A stretch of 61,187 bases of DNA from Catajapyx aquilonaris (lineage: Eukaryota). The notes below the pieces were generated by a model that ran no database searches, was not told where the DNA came from, and saw only the letters and a list, made by a program, of their open reading frames with translations. The stretch's first letter is position 1. Each line of letters opens with the position of its first letter. Made by a program: the position numbers and the translations under genes. Below are positions 9,929 through 23,500 of this stretch, piece by piece. The stretch spans positions 124,001 to 185,187 of the forward strand of contig KZ538079.1 in the NCBI GenBank assembly GCA_000934665.2, read 5' to 3'.

Positions 9929-12900
9929 CTGGAGGGGCAGCAATGAGGAAGGTGGTTCGTGCTTTTGGGTAGGGCTGGGGCAGCTGGTACACACCGGTGA
10001 CACCACCACCGCCGCCGTCGTTGACGTCGACGTCGCGGCGTGGGCTACCCCACTGCACGACGGTGCCACCGGTGAGGACACATCCGGCTGGATCACCAAA
10101 TTGGGATCACCAGACGATCATATCCACTGTTGGCATGCGACATTCATGCGACAATTATTGTGCCTCTGTTTGTCCGCCGTGAGTCATCAGTAGTGGCTGA
10201 TCTTTACTAGGTCGCGTAGTATCATCTGCCCCATCTATGTGACACACATGGTACTACGCCCACCATATTTTGTGCCGTCATATTTAAGCCAGATTTCATG
10301 CATGACATCCACACATGCAAATCCAATTCAGCGCGTAAGCCCACATCCGGACGTTAATAATTCACAGTTTTTTTCTCCCAACAAAAAGGGGACAGACGAA
10401 AATTAATCCTCGCCAAAAAAGTGCAGGTTTTGCACCAAGTCAGCATCATTTTTCAAGCAGCGTTTAATATCCCTACATCCGAGTCAATTGATTACATTCG
10501 CCTCTGTTTTTTTTTTTCGCTAAAAAAATCCTCTTCCAACCCAGCTGACAAAGCCAAATGAGGACAATCAGTTTGGAGTTGCAAACCCTTTCGCAGTTTG
10601 CTCAGTAAATTCATCAAACCGGATTTTTTTGCAATATATTCTTTTTTTTAAAAAAAAATCCGGACTTTCTATTATTGACTGAACTGAAACAATCGGAAGA
10701 GCTGAGATAATATTTCTGGCAGCACACTAAAGCTGACAATAGTGGCCTCGGCAGTGCAAACACTGTACAGTACAGTACAAGGAAATAAAAGGTCCTTTTA
10801 TAGCATGAAATCCGACGGATATCTTCAAATAGTGTGAGAAATAAGGAAGAAAATTTCACACATTTTTTTGATGCTCATTTCTACTCTATTTTTGCGCCGT
10901 ACTAATATTCAGTGACGGTATGAGCCGATTTAAAAAACGGTTCCAATTATTGGCGGAAAAAATTTGATCGGAAAATCCCTCCGTGACCCCGTAATCCCAC
11001 TGTCATTATTTTCCGGAATAATAACCATGCTAATAGCTAATACCGGATTACTTTCAATCGGTTTGACAAAGTGTGCCAATCACCGCCCAGACTCAATCTG
11101 TCCTTTGTCGTGACACAATCGCACCGGTGATACGCTTCGTTACATTAATCGGTGTCGCTCAATTATTTAAAATTTGGGGGGGTTTGTGTACGCCAGTTCT
11201 ATCCGGAATAAAATGTCATGCACGACATGCACTGTCCAAGGTCCACATATCACGGAATAGTTCATTCTAGCAACGTACTGTATTTAAAGAGGTGCAACTT
11301 GTTGCATTCAAAAACATGGACAAAATTTGGCAACACTGCCAAGGGCTCCCGACTGCCCATGTAGTACATTACTCAATTCATAGATGGCGCAGCGTCCCTC
11401 TCTGCACACTACCGCCACTTACTCATGCGGGGGAATGGGGTACTACATGCACCTATAGCACCTATAGCACTGCACACCTTGTTATTAGGCGTGCCCGGCT
11501 GATGCTGAGGCGTCTTTGCGTGCATCATTTTAGCTGCCATCATCATGTTCCGGACGCCTCTTTTGATAGCCGAGTCTTCCGGTTCCCCAGCGTCCCCCAG
11601 CATTATGTTGACAAGGGCGTACTCCATCAGCGAACAGAACACGAAGATGGTGCAACCGGACATGAACACGTCGATTGCCTGGAATGAAAAACAAGGTTAC
11701 ACGCCCCCTAAAAAAAAAAAAAAGTTTCGAACAAAACGTGTGAGGTACCTTAATGTATGATACGGGAGGTAGTGACTTTTGCGAGTTGGCATGTTGCGTA
11801 GAGAGCGTGAGCAGCGAGGTGACCCCGAGGGTCACTCTGGCAGGGACGGCCTCGGGTCGGATCCAGAAGGATATCCAAGACATTATGACAATCAGGCAGG
11901 TCGGCACGTACGTGTGGAAAAGGTAGTAGCCCAAACGACGCTTGAAGGTGAACACCACTTCCAGGCACGTGAAATTACCTGTAATAGTTATTACAACATG
12001 TTTACTGATAGGCCTGGAAACACGAACTTATTGACAAACAATATTAGCAGTTAGAGAACGTAGGCGTGAATTCTCCAAGTTGCTATATACATTTGTATCG
12101 CATCTTTTCTCCTGCAGACCGCTGCAGACATCCAATTCCGACTCTGCGATTTGCAGAGGGTAAAATAACCAAGGATACACCGGTTTGAGATTGGGTCGAG
12201 AAATCTCTCAAGAGTCTATTGCCCTCCTTTGCCTTACGTTTCAATCAAGGGGATTGGGTTAAAGGATATTCGGATTCGGGATGTAACAGAACCCCCTGAT
12301 GGGAACGGAGGCCACAAAAGTGAACAATTAATTAGGCCTATTTTCTTGACGCTCTTTCCTTTTTTTTTGCTTTCTTACTCAAGTAGAGAGGTTGCTTATT
12401 GCGGTTGTGGTTTTGGAGTGAATTCGAGGGGGGGCCGAAATGTGTTGCAGCCTTCCAACTTGTTGAGATGGGGGGTTGTAAGGGACCGAGCGAAAGGGCT
12501 TTGATGTCGCCAGATTTCCCGCAGACATCGGCAAGGAAAGACGAAAACAGAAATAAAAGAAGAGAGGCCAAAAAGGGGGAAAAAATATGAAGAAAAAATG
12601 GCGGTTTGGTGTTGCAACCGCAGAGAGGTACTTCCAAATATTAAAGGGGAATGTTGCTCAATCCTTCATTAGTCTAACGTTAATTACACAAGCTTGCTAA
12701 ATGTAACCCACATTTTTTACCAATTGCGAATAAGTATTTTCATTCACTAATAGACAGAAGTAAAATTAAGCAGAATGTGTAAACGTAAATTATATGTCAC
12801 CACGAAATATAACAAATTATATTCGTGTATACAAATTGTTCTGTATTATTTTAACTTCTAATAGTCAAATAATGTCATTTGGCGCGCAATTTTTGTATAG

Positions 12901-15900
12901 AAGTGGCGTAGCTAGGTTTAAAATGTCCCTTTGGGATATGTTCAGGTAGAGATTTCGTTTTGCGGGGTAACGTTTTAATGAAGTGCAGGGTTGGGTGTAA
13001 TGCGGTTGGTATCATTAAATTTTCGCAGTTTAGCACATTATGCACGCACATTACGCTGTACCAAGAGCGCAAAAACACACTTTTTAAACCAATGAACACA
13101 ATGTTATTAGCAACTTAATTTATTAACTTAGTATGCCCGTTATTTCAACGCGTCACTTTAAAAAGAACAGCAGTAGGCTAGATAAACAGAAATTCTTCAC
13201 ACGAATTATTTCATTTAATCTAATAGTGAGCAGGGACATATTTTGATAACTATTTCTAGCAACTGCTGTTTGAAAAAAAATGTGCTTAAAATAATATTTT
13301 CAAGCAATCCGGGCAATGTCAGTTGCACTTGAGTGTGCAATGGCTTCAAAGAAAGGCTTTCACAGGCCTTTAATGATTGTTGGTCACACCGTTGACAATG
13401 TTGCCCATTGTGCCACTGCACTGCAATGCAAACAATCCTAGGAATCCTTCACAAAAAAAAAACACGCCAACAATTGGCCCTTTGAAACGCTTCAAATCCT
13501 TCGCATCAATTCCGCGAACTACACTGCCAGAAGCTTCAAATTCTGGCCGATCAATAAATTCCCCAGAAAATGTGGTCCAAAAAAATTTGCACTCACCTGT
13601 CGAGTACACCTGTGTGCAATCGCCAGTCGTGTTTCCGGCCAGGTCCAACTGCGGAAGCTCTATTTTATCATCAACCACCAGAGGCACGAGAGGGTCCCAC
13701 ACAAAGATGAGGTCATCAGTGGTGTACGACACTGTCCGCAAAAATAAAATAAAATAAATACAACAATGCTTTTAAAACCCACACGGGACTCAACAATGTC
13801 CAAGTTTGGGCTTTCCCCCAAAGGAGGTACGATATAGGATTCAGATTGTGGTGTAAAACAAGTCGTCTCTTAATGAGGTCGCCTCTTGTTGCCATTAGTG
13901 CTTAACTCATAGCCCAGCACAATGAAAAGGCCAAAATGGGTGATGAGGACAACGGGAAGCTTACGGACGCTCGTAATGCACTTTTTATTGCAGTTTCTGT
14001 GGGGGGAAATGTACAGGGGGAGCCGGAAACTCCACAACGATGTGCGGTCAAATCTGGAGAGATAAATGGGCCCTGGAGAAAGGTGAAAAGAAAACACGAA
14101 AGAAATAAATGGCTCCCATATCGGACTACTGTCAGAATAACAGTTTATAAATAACTAATAAGAATAACAGTTACAAATAACTACTTGTAATAAGGGTAAC
14201 AGTTTTAAAATAACTGATAATACTAACCATCACAAAATAGCTAATACAAGCAGTTCTAAATAACTGATAAGGCTAACCGTCTTAAAATAGCAAAAAATAA
14301 ACTACTGACAATCATAAAACAACAATCATAAATGATAAAATAGCAAATACGGTAATACTAGCAGTTATAAAATAATAACTGATAAGGCTAACAGTTGTAA
14401 AAATAAATGATATGACTAACAGCTATGAAGTAACTACTAGGACTAACTGTTGTAAAATAGCAAATTATACTATAGCAGTTGTTGTAAAATAACTGCTAGG
14501 AGCACACCGACCAATATAACCTATACGAATACCCGTTTGAAAATAACTTACATGCTTATGTAATATTAGGGTGGAAAAATGCGCAAACTTGAAATCTGAA
14601 TTGGAAGCTTCCCTTTAGAACTGCGGACTTGGGCACCCTGCATTATGAGTCGTAAGTGTCGTGGGAAAAACGAGGTAACCTTGCTGAAAATAGCAGCTTT
14701 TGTTGCGACATCGTATTCACTGGAGAGAGGGAGAGAGACCAGCAGTTTGCAGCAAAAAGGAGTCGGGGAGTTTACAAGCCCGTTATAACCCAATAAAATT
14801 GCTCGACTCCTGCTGGGATTCTCCGGGCGTGATGGTTACATAAGTGGACAAAAAGGAAGGGAGGACTGCACACGGTCCATTTACATTCTTGATGGCTTTC
14901 CGCGAGATGTCCCCAAGCGGGTCATCACTGGCAACTTGGCCAACAATGGTGGGGCTCAGAGCAGAAGGGCCAAAGATATTATACGCATGTTTTTTTTCTT
15001 CTTTCCTCAACCATTTTCAACCCCACCATATTGGACTGCAGAGGGTGCTTCACCTTGGCACTTATCTGCTTTTATGAAGCACTTAACGTCACGGAGAACA
15101 AAAATATTGGTGTTAATATTAGGTTGAATTGTTGACCACTGCTCAATAAAAGGAGACGGCAAAGGTTCCCAAAATGGAGTCATTCACACCCAACAACCAG
15201 ACTACTTGATTGCTTAGCATTGCCAACCAAGACACACCAATGGTCAACATAGGTGGATCATTCGAGTTTTATTTACTTTAATTTAATGTAACAGTTGCGC
15301 CAGTCATTCATGTAACCAACACTGTAATCAAATTGAGTCTAAAGATGTCACACCTGAAAATGCACTTCGCCAGACAACAATATTGGGAATTCCCCCATGG
15401 TTTCTCATCCCATGGCGTCTTTCGCTCCGCAAATCTCGGCAGCAGGAATCAGCACCAATCCAGAGGTGACAGCTGTCACCACAAATGCGATTCTCCAGAG
15501 ATGGGGGTGACATCCCTCAGGCTTCACCCTTTATGGATGAGCTCTTTCGAATAAGAACAAACCCCCCTTTTTTCTACACCCAGAGAAAGTATTCCCCCCA
15601 GACCCCAGAAGATATTATACTGTAAACTTTAGATTTTACTGTAAGGGTGATACATTTTAAGCTTTACTTTTTTTTAAAGTGGAATAGATGAGCTGGCTGT
15701 GTGTTCCATCACACAGATGGAAACTCTCAAGTGCAGCTTCATTTAGCGTCGATTTAAATTCATTTCACAGCTTCCCCCACAGGAGTGGAAATGAATTCGG
15801 AGTCTAAGACGTGGCCATTCATAGGACTTTGGATCATAATTCGTAGCCGGGTTGAACATCTCGAGAATCACCAATGAACTTTACTCGAGTTTCCGCAAAA

Positions 15901-17519
15901 ACCAGAAAATACAGCTGGTTGATTTGACGAGAAATGATTCAGGGTGTGACTACAGAGCATGCCAAATATTATGTAAAAAAATATGAACTAAAAATGTCCT
16001 GGTGGCATGGTGACACACTGATGGAGAGTTTATAAACGCCCTGTAAAGGCAACATGATTAACTTATAACGAACCGAGTTTCCGTGGGGAGCTCTACAGTA
16101 CAATTAATTAATTCAAATCCGAGGCTTTATAATCCTCAAAACCACATCTATACGACAGCGTTACCTCGTTACGCGCAGGGTTATACAGTAATTCAGGCTT
16201 TTCGTCTTGCAATGAGGCTTTGTAACTTTCAAGCAAAACCTCAAAAGCGACAATCGCGACTGTTAATCGCATACTTTTTTTTTTTTGAAAGTTGACAACT
16301 CTGAAACTTAGAGCCCAAAATCCAAGCTTATAATTGAAACGTCGCAAGAACAAAACAGCGGGCTTGCAAATAAATTCGCCACGATAATTTTGCAATTACG
16401 GCCTAATTAACGCCTCAATCGAGGTGTTATATGGAAAAAGTTTTTCAATTTTGTTTCTACGAATTGTTTGCTTTTTAGCACTTTTTTCACACCCATAGTG
16501 TACAGTACTTACGGCTCTCCACCTTCATGGCGCATTGTTGAGTGTCATGAGGGTACGACTTGAAGTTCATTGCGCAGGAAAGGATCAGCGTTAATCTGCG
16601 TGCAAAAAAACGGAAGCAAATGTTTTGACATTGTGACGGGGATTTACTTGGCCTGCAAACATGATGTTTGCACAACACTGGCTACACAAACGTGAGCTAT
16701 TTCATGTGGCCCGACAAAATCATGAATGACGGATTTGATTACAGTTGCGGACCGCGTTTTCGGCCGGTAATTAAAATCGGCGTACTACACTGCTGGAAAT
16801 AATACACTGCTAATGGGTGAGTAATTAGGGGCTGTACGGATTAAACGCAATTACCGCTCACGGCGACGCAAGTTATGCGGAGTATGTTCAATTCGTGTGA
16901 GGCGAAGTTAGCCTTTTTTTTCGTACTGTACGATTTAAGCGACATACCCGCGTTATTATTCATTAACATTGTTTTCATAGCAGAGTTCGTATCGTATAGG
17001 TTTTGGAGGAGAAAAAAAAATGTCATTCATGAATTTCTCCTTGCAGCCTCTCAGCTCTGAATTAATAGGTTAGCGCAATGAAGCGATGTAATTTGCATGC
17101 GTTAATATTCATGAGGTACTGATATTTAGATTATGACCTTCAGGTCACGGATAGGCGGTTAATTTCCCGCGTAGCTTAGCGGAGAATCCTTCTCAAAATT
17201 AGGGGCAATTTTTTTGGAATACTAGACATGACTATTTGCGTTTGGACACTAATGGTATCAACTGATTATGGAATTGTCGCGTGTGTTTTTAAAATTCCGC
17301 CATCTGTTGACGCGTTTAGGAAAGTGCTGACATCATTTCACGCCTATTAATTAAACAGCGTGTTTCAACAGAACTGATTTATGGTGTTACCAAAACTTTG
17401 GCACTAAAATTCCTCTCAGGAGGCAGCAAAGAACATTGCTGCTAATATTAACCAGAATTGAATTATCCCCTGTCCAAGCATTACAAGCATTGAAAATGAC
17501 TGGTACACTTGATCAGATA

Positions 17520-17550
<31 letters not shown>

Positions 17551-20500
17551 GTACTGACTTGACCATGTAGAGCAGCGTCTTGTCCTTATACAACCATATG
17601 TAGTGGTTGGGGATGGTCATCTCTTGGAAGGTGACCTTTTTTGCGTTCTTGAAGAAGGCGTCGGGTCGCCATATGTCCTTGAGCCAGGTGACCGGAAGCA
17701 GTCTGTATTCTTGGGTCATGTTGTCTGGAAGCCTAAGACGATAGTCCTTCCAGCTCTGGGCGAAAAATATGTCCGCAGCATAGGTCTGGAAATGAATATT
17801 TTGTTTCCTGATTGATAATCGGGTTTTAGGCAATTAGCTTGCCAATTCTTGCAGGATTCGAACCTCTTTGATAATTTGCAAGCTTTTCTCTAACTGCGAA
17901 TAGCAATCACATATCGCTTTCCAATTTCCCAATTGTCAACTCCCGCCGGATGCCATTGCGTCCCCCCGATTATTAGCACCGTAAATTACATTATTCCTGG
18001 CGTCCCTATAATTCACCCGACTTGTCGATGGGTGTTGAACCCGGCTCACCATAGCCATTTCAATTCATAGCCTTTGTCAAAATTGCCAGTAATAAATTTA
18101 GTGCAAGTGTCCAAGCCCCACAACACAACACGAGAACGAATTGTTTCTTTTTAAAGGGGTCGCTATTTTCCACCACCCTGTATGTATAACGCTGTAATAT
18201 ATTCTAACCCAAAAAATGTACATAAATTTAACCGACGAGTCATAAATGTTGCAAAAAAATAATTGGTGGACCTGTACGTCTTTTCTATATTAAAATCACG
18301 CCGGAAATTGCATCCAGACCAACTCAGCAGCTCCCTGAATTTTAAACCTTCCCATCTAAATGTCTTTCGTTAATTAAAACATAATGCAAATGTTAAATCC
18401 TATGAACAATTTTTTGAGAGCAAGTAACCCGATTCTATCGACCTGAAGGTCATTACACTATCGGTTTTTCCCCTTACACGCGCTCCTTTATAGTATATCA
18501 GGCCAAAAACGGCAATCCAATATGTCGGCCTCTGGAGAGCACTTACTATCTGTAAGCTCACTCACTCACTTGCTTCATGACACCCCCGCTACTAGTAAAG
18601 TTTCAGTGGCCAAACTAATGCAGTCCCGCGAGCTACCCCCGGGAGAGATATGCCCTCCACTTATCTCTACTCCGCAGAAGCATGCAACAAGTTATGGTAA
18701 CTGGTAAGTGCGGGGCACTTGAAACAGTGCCGGTTTTAATTGCTCTCAAATACTCGTAATTAGGAGCGGACAAAATGGTGATTTTTATTTACTTACTGCT
18801 CACTGCTTGTTATTAAAATAAGCAGTTTTAAAGTTGTTTTTTGGTGGCACTAAGCTGTTTATTCTCAATCAGTTAATTTCGCACAGAATTTTATCTAATT
18901 TCAACAAAATTGCTTTGGATAACTGCACGTGGTTTATTGCAAGATTGCGCAAAAAAATACAACTACTCGAAAATTGGTGCGAAAACAAATTACCTCCGAG
19001 AGTGAATGTGACAGGCCATTTATCACTAACAGTGGACAAAACGATTTCATTACAGGTCATTACTTTTTTTCTTCGTGCAATCCGGCAGAAATGGTGTCGA
19101 TTTGTATCATCCGTCGTATTTGTTCCCTGTAATCAGACTCTTAATATTTTTTGTATAAACCTCCTATGTGCACATTTCAGGACAGTTCTTCCAGGGTTTG
19201 TTGTTGCAATCATACTGTGATTATTACAGCTAATAATGTAGGTGTTATTAGAGTTAAAATTACAACTCAGACTGTATTTTATTACAGCTAATAATATAGG
19301 TGTTATCACAGCTAATAGTATAGGTGTTATCACAGCTAATAGTATAGGTGTTATCACAGCTAATACAGTAGTATAGGTGTTATCACAGCTAATAGTATAG
19401 GTGTTATCACAGCTAATACAGTAGTATAGGTGTTATCACAGCTAATAGTATATCCGTCTGTTAATTTGTTATATATAATAATATAGGTGTTAAGAATTAT
19501 AGTTAAAATTATATCTTATGTTTGTGTTATTACAGCTATATTATAACTAATAATTTTATAGGTGTAACTATGGCTAACATTATGGCTATTTTTATTGTAA
19601 ATTTATGATTGCAAATATGATACCTACTAAGTTTTAGAAGTTGTCGAAAGTATCAGCTGCCAATATTAGCTTTAATAAAAGTGTTCATGATCTGCAATTA
19701 ATTTCCTGCCTGAATTAAAACAAATTAAAAAAATTTCAGAGGGGGAAAATGAACGTGATGGATGGCGAAATAAGCTGCTTAATATTTCGAACTTGAAGCA
19801 TGTGTGTGAATGTGATAAACTGCCCAGAAAAAAAAATTCAACTGCATGTGACTGGAGATGAAACCCCGGTGGTCCTGTTGGATAAGACTCGTAAGAATAA
19901 GTATTCCTGGGCCCGACTGCAAACAAAGTGGTCATGAAAATGCATGACCACGAGTAGGAAAGGCGGTGTTTTATCTATCGATTAAATTTTGCTTGATGGT
20001 TACAGCGGTTCCGTGAGGTTTGAACGAATGTCCTACCATACTTTTTTTTGCCAACTGACATAAAAACATCTCTTCACCCCCGCCAAAAAAACGTTGAAAA
20101 AACATCGGCAGCTGGACCAGAACGCGGTAATTTATTGGACTGCTTTTAATAGCGTTTGGCTAACGCTTTTGGAATTAGTTTCCCACCGGACCAGTGTTGT
20201 TCCATCGGAGTTTGTTTTCCCGACTTTCATACCCCCGCCCCACAGTAAAATATATATATATATATATCAATATTAGCACAATTGGAGACCATTTCAAAAA
20301 GAACGAGCGCAGTCATATTCATGGTCCAGAGTTAATTACAAGCATGGAAACTTTCATCTACTGTTCATCCTTATAATTGCACCGAAGCTCTCCGAAGCTG
20401 CTGTGTTTATGTAGGATTTATTAAAACGTTAGTGGGCATTAGTGGAATGAGGTCAACGGTGGTTATGTGCAGGGTGCAGTTGGGGGATATCGTGCAGCTT

Positions 20501-23500
20501 GAAGTATAAGATGAAGTTGGGGGTTATTGGTGTCCAAAGGCGCATGAACTATGACCCTCTTGGGAGGTGCAGTTGACGGAAGTGTGCTTGATACGGATGC
20601 AAAATTTGAGGGGAAAAATTAGCTTGCAAGACACACCAGTATTGATCATTAATATGGCTTGTATATGTGCCTCTGTTTGTCCATGGCGAGTCATCTATGT
20701 AAGACATATGGTACTACGTTTGGACCGTTGCTAACTATTGGGTGATCGAACAGGTCCATTTCGAAGATTCACTCATCATGAAGTCAGGAAAGGTTCGTTT
20801 GTACCAAAGAATGATTTAAAAAAGAGACGAGAGAAGAGGTCATTAGAAGAGGGGCTTAAAGGCTACCAATCTCCGTCGGGTCACATACTAAAGTCGCTTT
20901 AAGTTATCAAGGTTTCTCGGAGCGGACAAGAAAATTACATGTCAGCACAAAACGTAAAAGAAATCTTTATTGGATTTACCCTCTCAAGAAGAGTGCGGGC
21001 CTTTACCGCTAACTTTTGCAACAATCAGATTCGGACCGCTCCTTGAACAACCTACCAGACAGAAGCTAAATGAATGTAGCTTATCAAAATTTCATAAAAT
21101 TGTTCAAAAATTGCAGTTAGTCGGGCGCATTATGTTCATTATACTGTACTGTATGTGCATGAATAATAATTACGGCTCAATATATATTTTTAAAGTTTCT
21201 GGCAAAATTAGGACACGTAAATGTTCATGAAACATGACGGCCAGTGCTAATTTTTGTCTAATTAACCTTCAACGTCATATCTAGAAGGCCCCCTACAAAC
21301 TCTGGCAGAACGTAATTTCAGAAGTCACGTCTGTTTAACATGCACTTTTTAAAAATTTGCTATAATTACTGTAATCACCTGATGTACCATCCGTCAATTG
21401 TAAGTCACCTCTACAGTGAAACAGTAAAAAAACAGACAGTTCCTATAGTATTCTCTCCTTTTGTATGCCAATCCGCAATCCCCTTTCCGAACACAACCTG
21501 ACATGTAACAGCAGTCTACAACTCATCAACGTGACGTCACTACTAATAGCCCTTTTCTGCCCAGCCTCAATTGCTGGGCATTAAACGGAATTAACTCAAA
21601 ATCCGCCCCGGTTGTATGGGCCAAGGACTTGGCTCCAGATGGGAGTGTAATTTCGGAGGCTGGGGAATCAGAATTGCATTTTTATTTTTATAAAAAGGAA
21701 GCTGCTGTGGGGTAGTTTGTGTGAGCAGGTGAGCTTCTCGTAGTTAATCGGATTTACAAACACTGTCGCTTTCGGTTTATTAGGTCGCTCCGACCCCCCT
21801 GGAGCAGAGTCCTGGAAGGGGTTATGATTCGCGATTACCCGACGCCCGCACCTGTACCCGTATTATGAAATAAGTAGAGCGCACTTACACTGATGGGGAA
21901 GCTTTGTTCAAACTTTGTTAAACACCTCACTTTATGGTGTGTACTTGTGGGCGGTGTGCAAATACCATCCATGCTGTCAGGGGGTCAGTTCGACAAGAAA
22001 ACAGTAAGTTGCAATGTTTGCAAAACACTTTTTTAAAATTTATTTCTACAACCTAGCTGCATGGTTTGCTCTATTTTAGTACCATGTTGCATGCACTAAC
22101 GACAGAATCCGATTGAATCACGCGATGTACCAGTAATTGCCTATCACCATCTGTTCCATCACATGCCCAGAAAAAACTTTTCACTCAAAGTATTTAAAAA
22201 AATGGCAGACCCCCTTTTTTTCCGCATCATATTTCCGTGTGGACCACAAGCTCTAACACGGTCTTTGATCTCGATTCCATCAGCTGTCCAACTTCTCATG
22301 TCAGGCATCCGTCTCTTTTCTAACGTGGGAACTCAGGACCACCACGCAGAAAGTTTCCTTTATACCTGCTCTAGCTAGCATTTTAAAAAAAACCAGCAGG
22401 ATAAAAAGCATAGGGAGGTGCAGTGTGTGTTTCATATCCAAGCTCGTTATTAACATAATCCTCTTAAACTGCAAATTTCTTTTTAGAGAGGGGAGCTATT
22501 TCCATAACATGACCGGAAACAGGTCACCTAATAGGGTTTAAGTGCCGAAGCGGCTTTTGTGACGTTTAGTTTGACCCCCAAAAAATAATTTCAAAAGTGA
22601 CCCTTACAAAGTATGATTAAAGCGAATTAAACATGGATCGTTTGAACAGAAAGGGCCTCCAAAATGCACTTGAAAGCCTTAAAAGCATAAAGACTGTGAG
22701 ATTAATGAAAATAAAGGCTGTTTCGTAATCAAGCAAACTTCTAGAGTTAGTTTGTGGGGTGTGTAGTTGGTCTCTGACGGTTTGTTAATGAGATAATTAT
22801 TCCATATTTAACTTAAATTAGCAACAAGCCGTATATGTATTTGCTCTAGAAATAATATACGACGCTACAGTACCGTATATCTAATGTTATGAAACTTCAT
22901 TAAATTAATTTGCTCTCTAACAAACGTACAGTATGTAATTTATGTTACTTATTCTGTTGGCGAGTAATCCGTTAATTTCAATTCACATGAGAACAAACAA
23001 ACAATCCACAATTTTTTTTATAAAAAAAATTAGCCCTTGGTTCAGATGTTCCACAAACATGGTCGCCCTTGTTTCGGAACAAAGTCAAAAAGTTCTGGTT
23101 GGAATGAGATTCGAGAGACGCAACATCATTTTCTGCAGCCCAGCAGCAGCTAGGGGGCAGAGGGTAGGGCATGGTTGGAGGGGGGTTGGAGGCAAGCAAA
23201 TTGGGCATGCAATCGATGCCTGGCGAACCTTCCGCACAATCAACTTTCCCCAGCTGCTGCAGCATTGCTCAAGCCCACTGGAAGTAGACAGCGGGGATTG
23301 TGCCGAATCCTATCCTGGACAATACCATCCGCTCCGATACACATCATGTATACTGTTGCACACACACACTCACCAAAATTGGAGGTGGAAACAAAGCAGG
23401 TGCAGTGACTGCCCACTGGTCCTAACAAAAATGAGCCAGCAAGACTGAATTTTCTGTCTTCACTACCATCCTGGTATTGTTCAAATTTTAAACCACAGTA

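Noticed and set aside
9666..10058. 130-aa ORF overlapping the terminal channel exon in another frame
   Set aside because: M4 homology is in the other frame; this is a GC-rich shadow ORF with a GTG start.
10100..10128. CAACAG acceptor at 10127 as the start of the terminal exon
   Set aside because: All three frames hit TGA within about 35 nt.
12338..12637. Possible extra channel exon between E and F
   Set aside because: The pyrimidine tract lacks a following AG, there is no pLGIC similarity, and E joins F perfectly.
19281..19452. Repeat array as CRISPR
   Set aside because: No unique spacers, no cas genes, and it lies in a eukaryotic intron.
22942..23448. 168-aa plus-strand ORF and overlapping minus-strand ORFs in intron B-C
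   Set aside because: No domain motifs; composition looks random.
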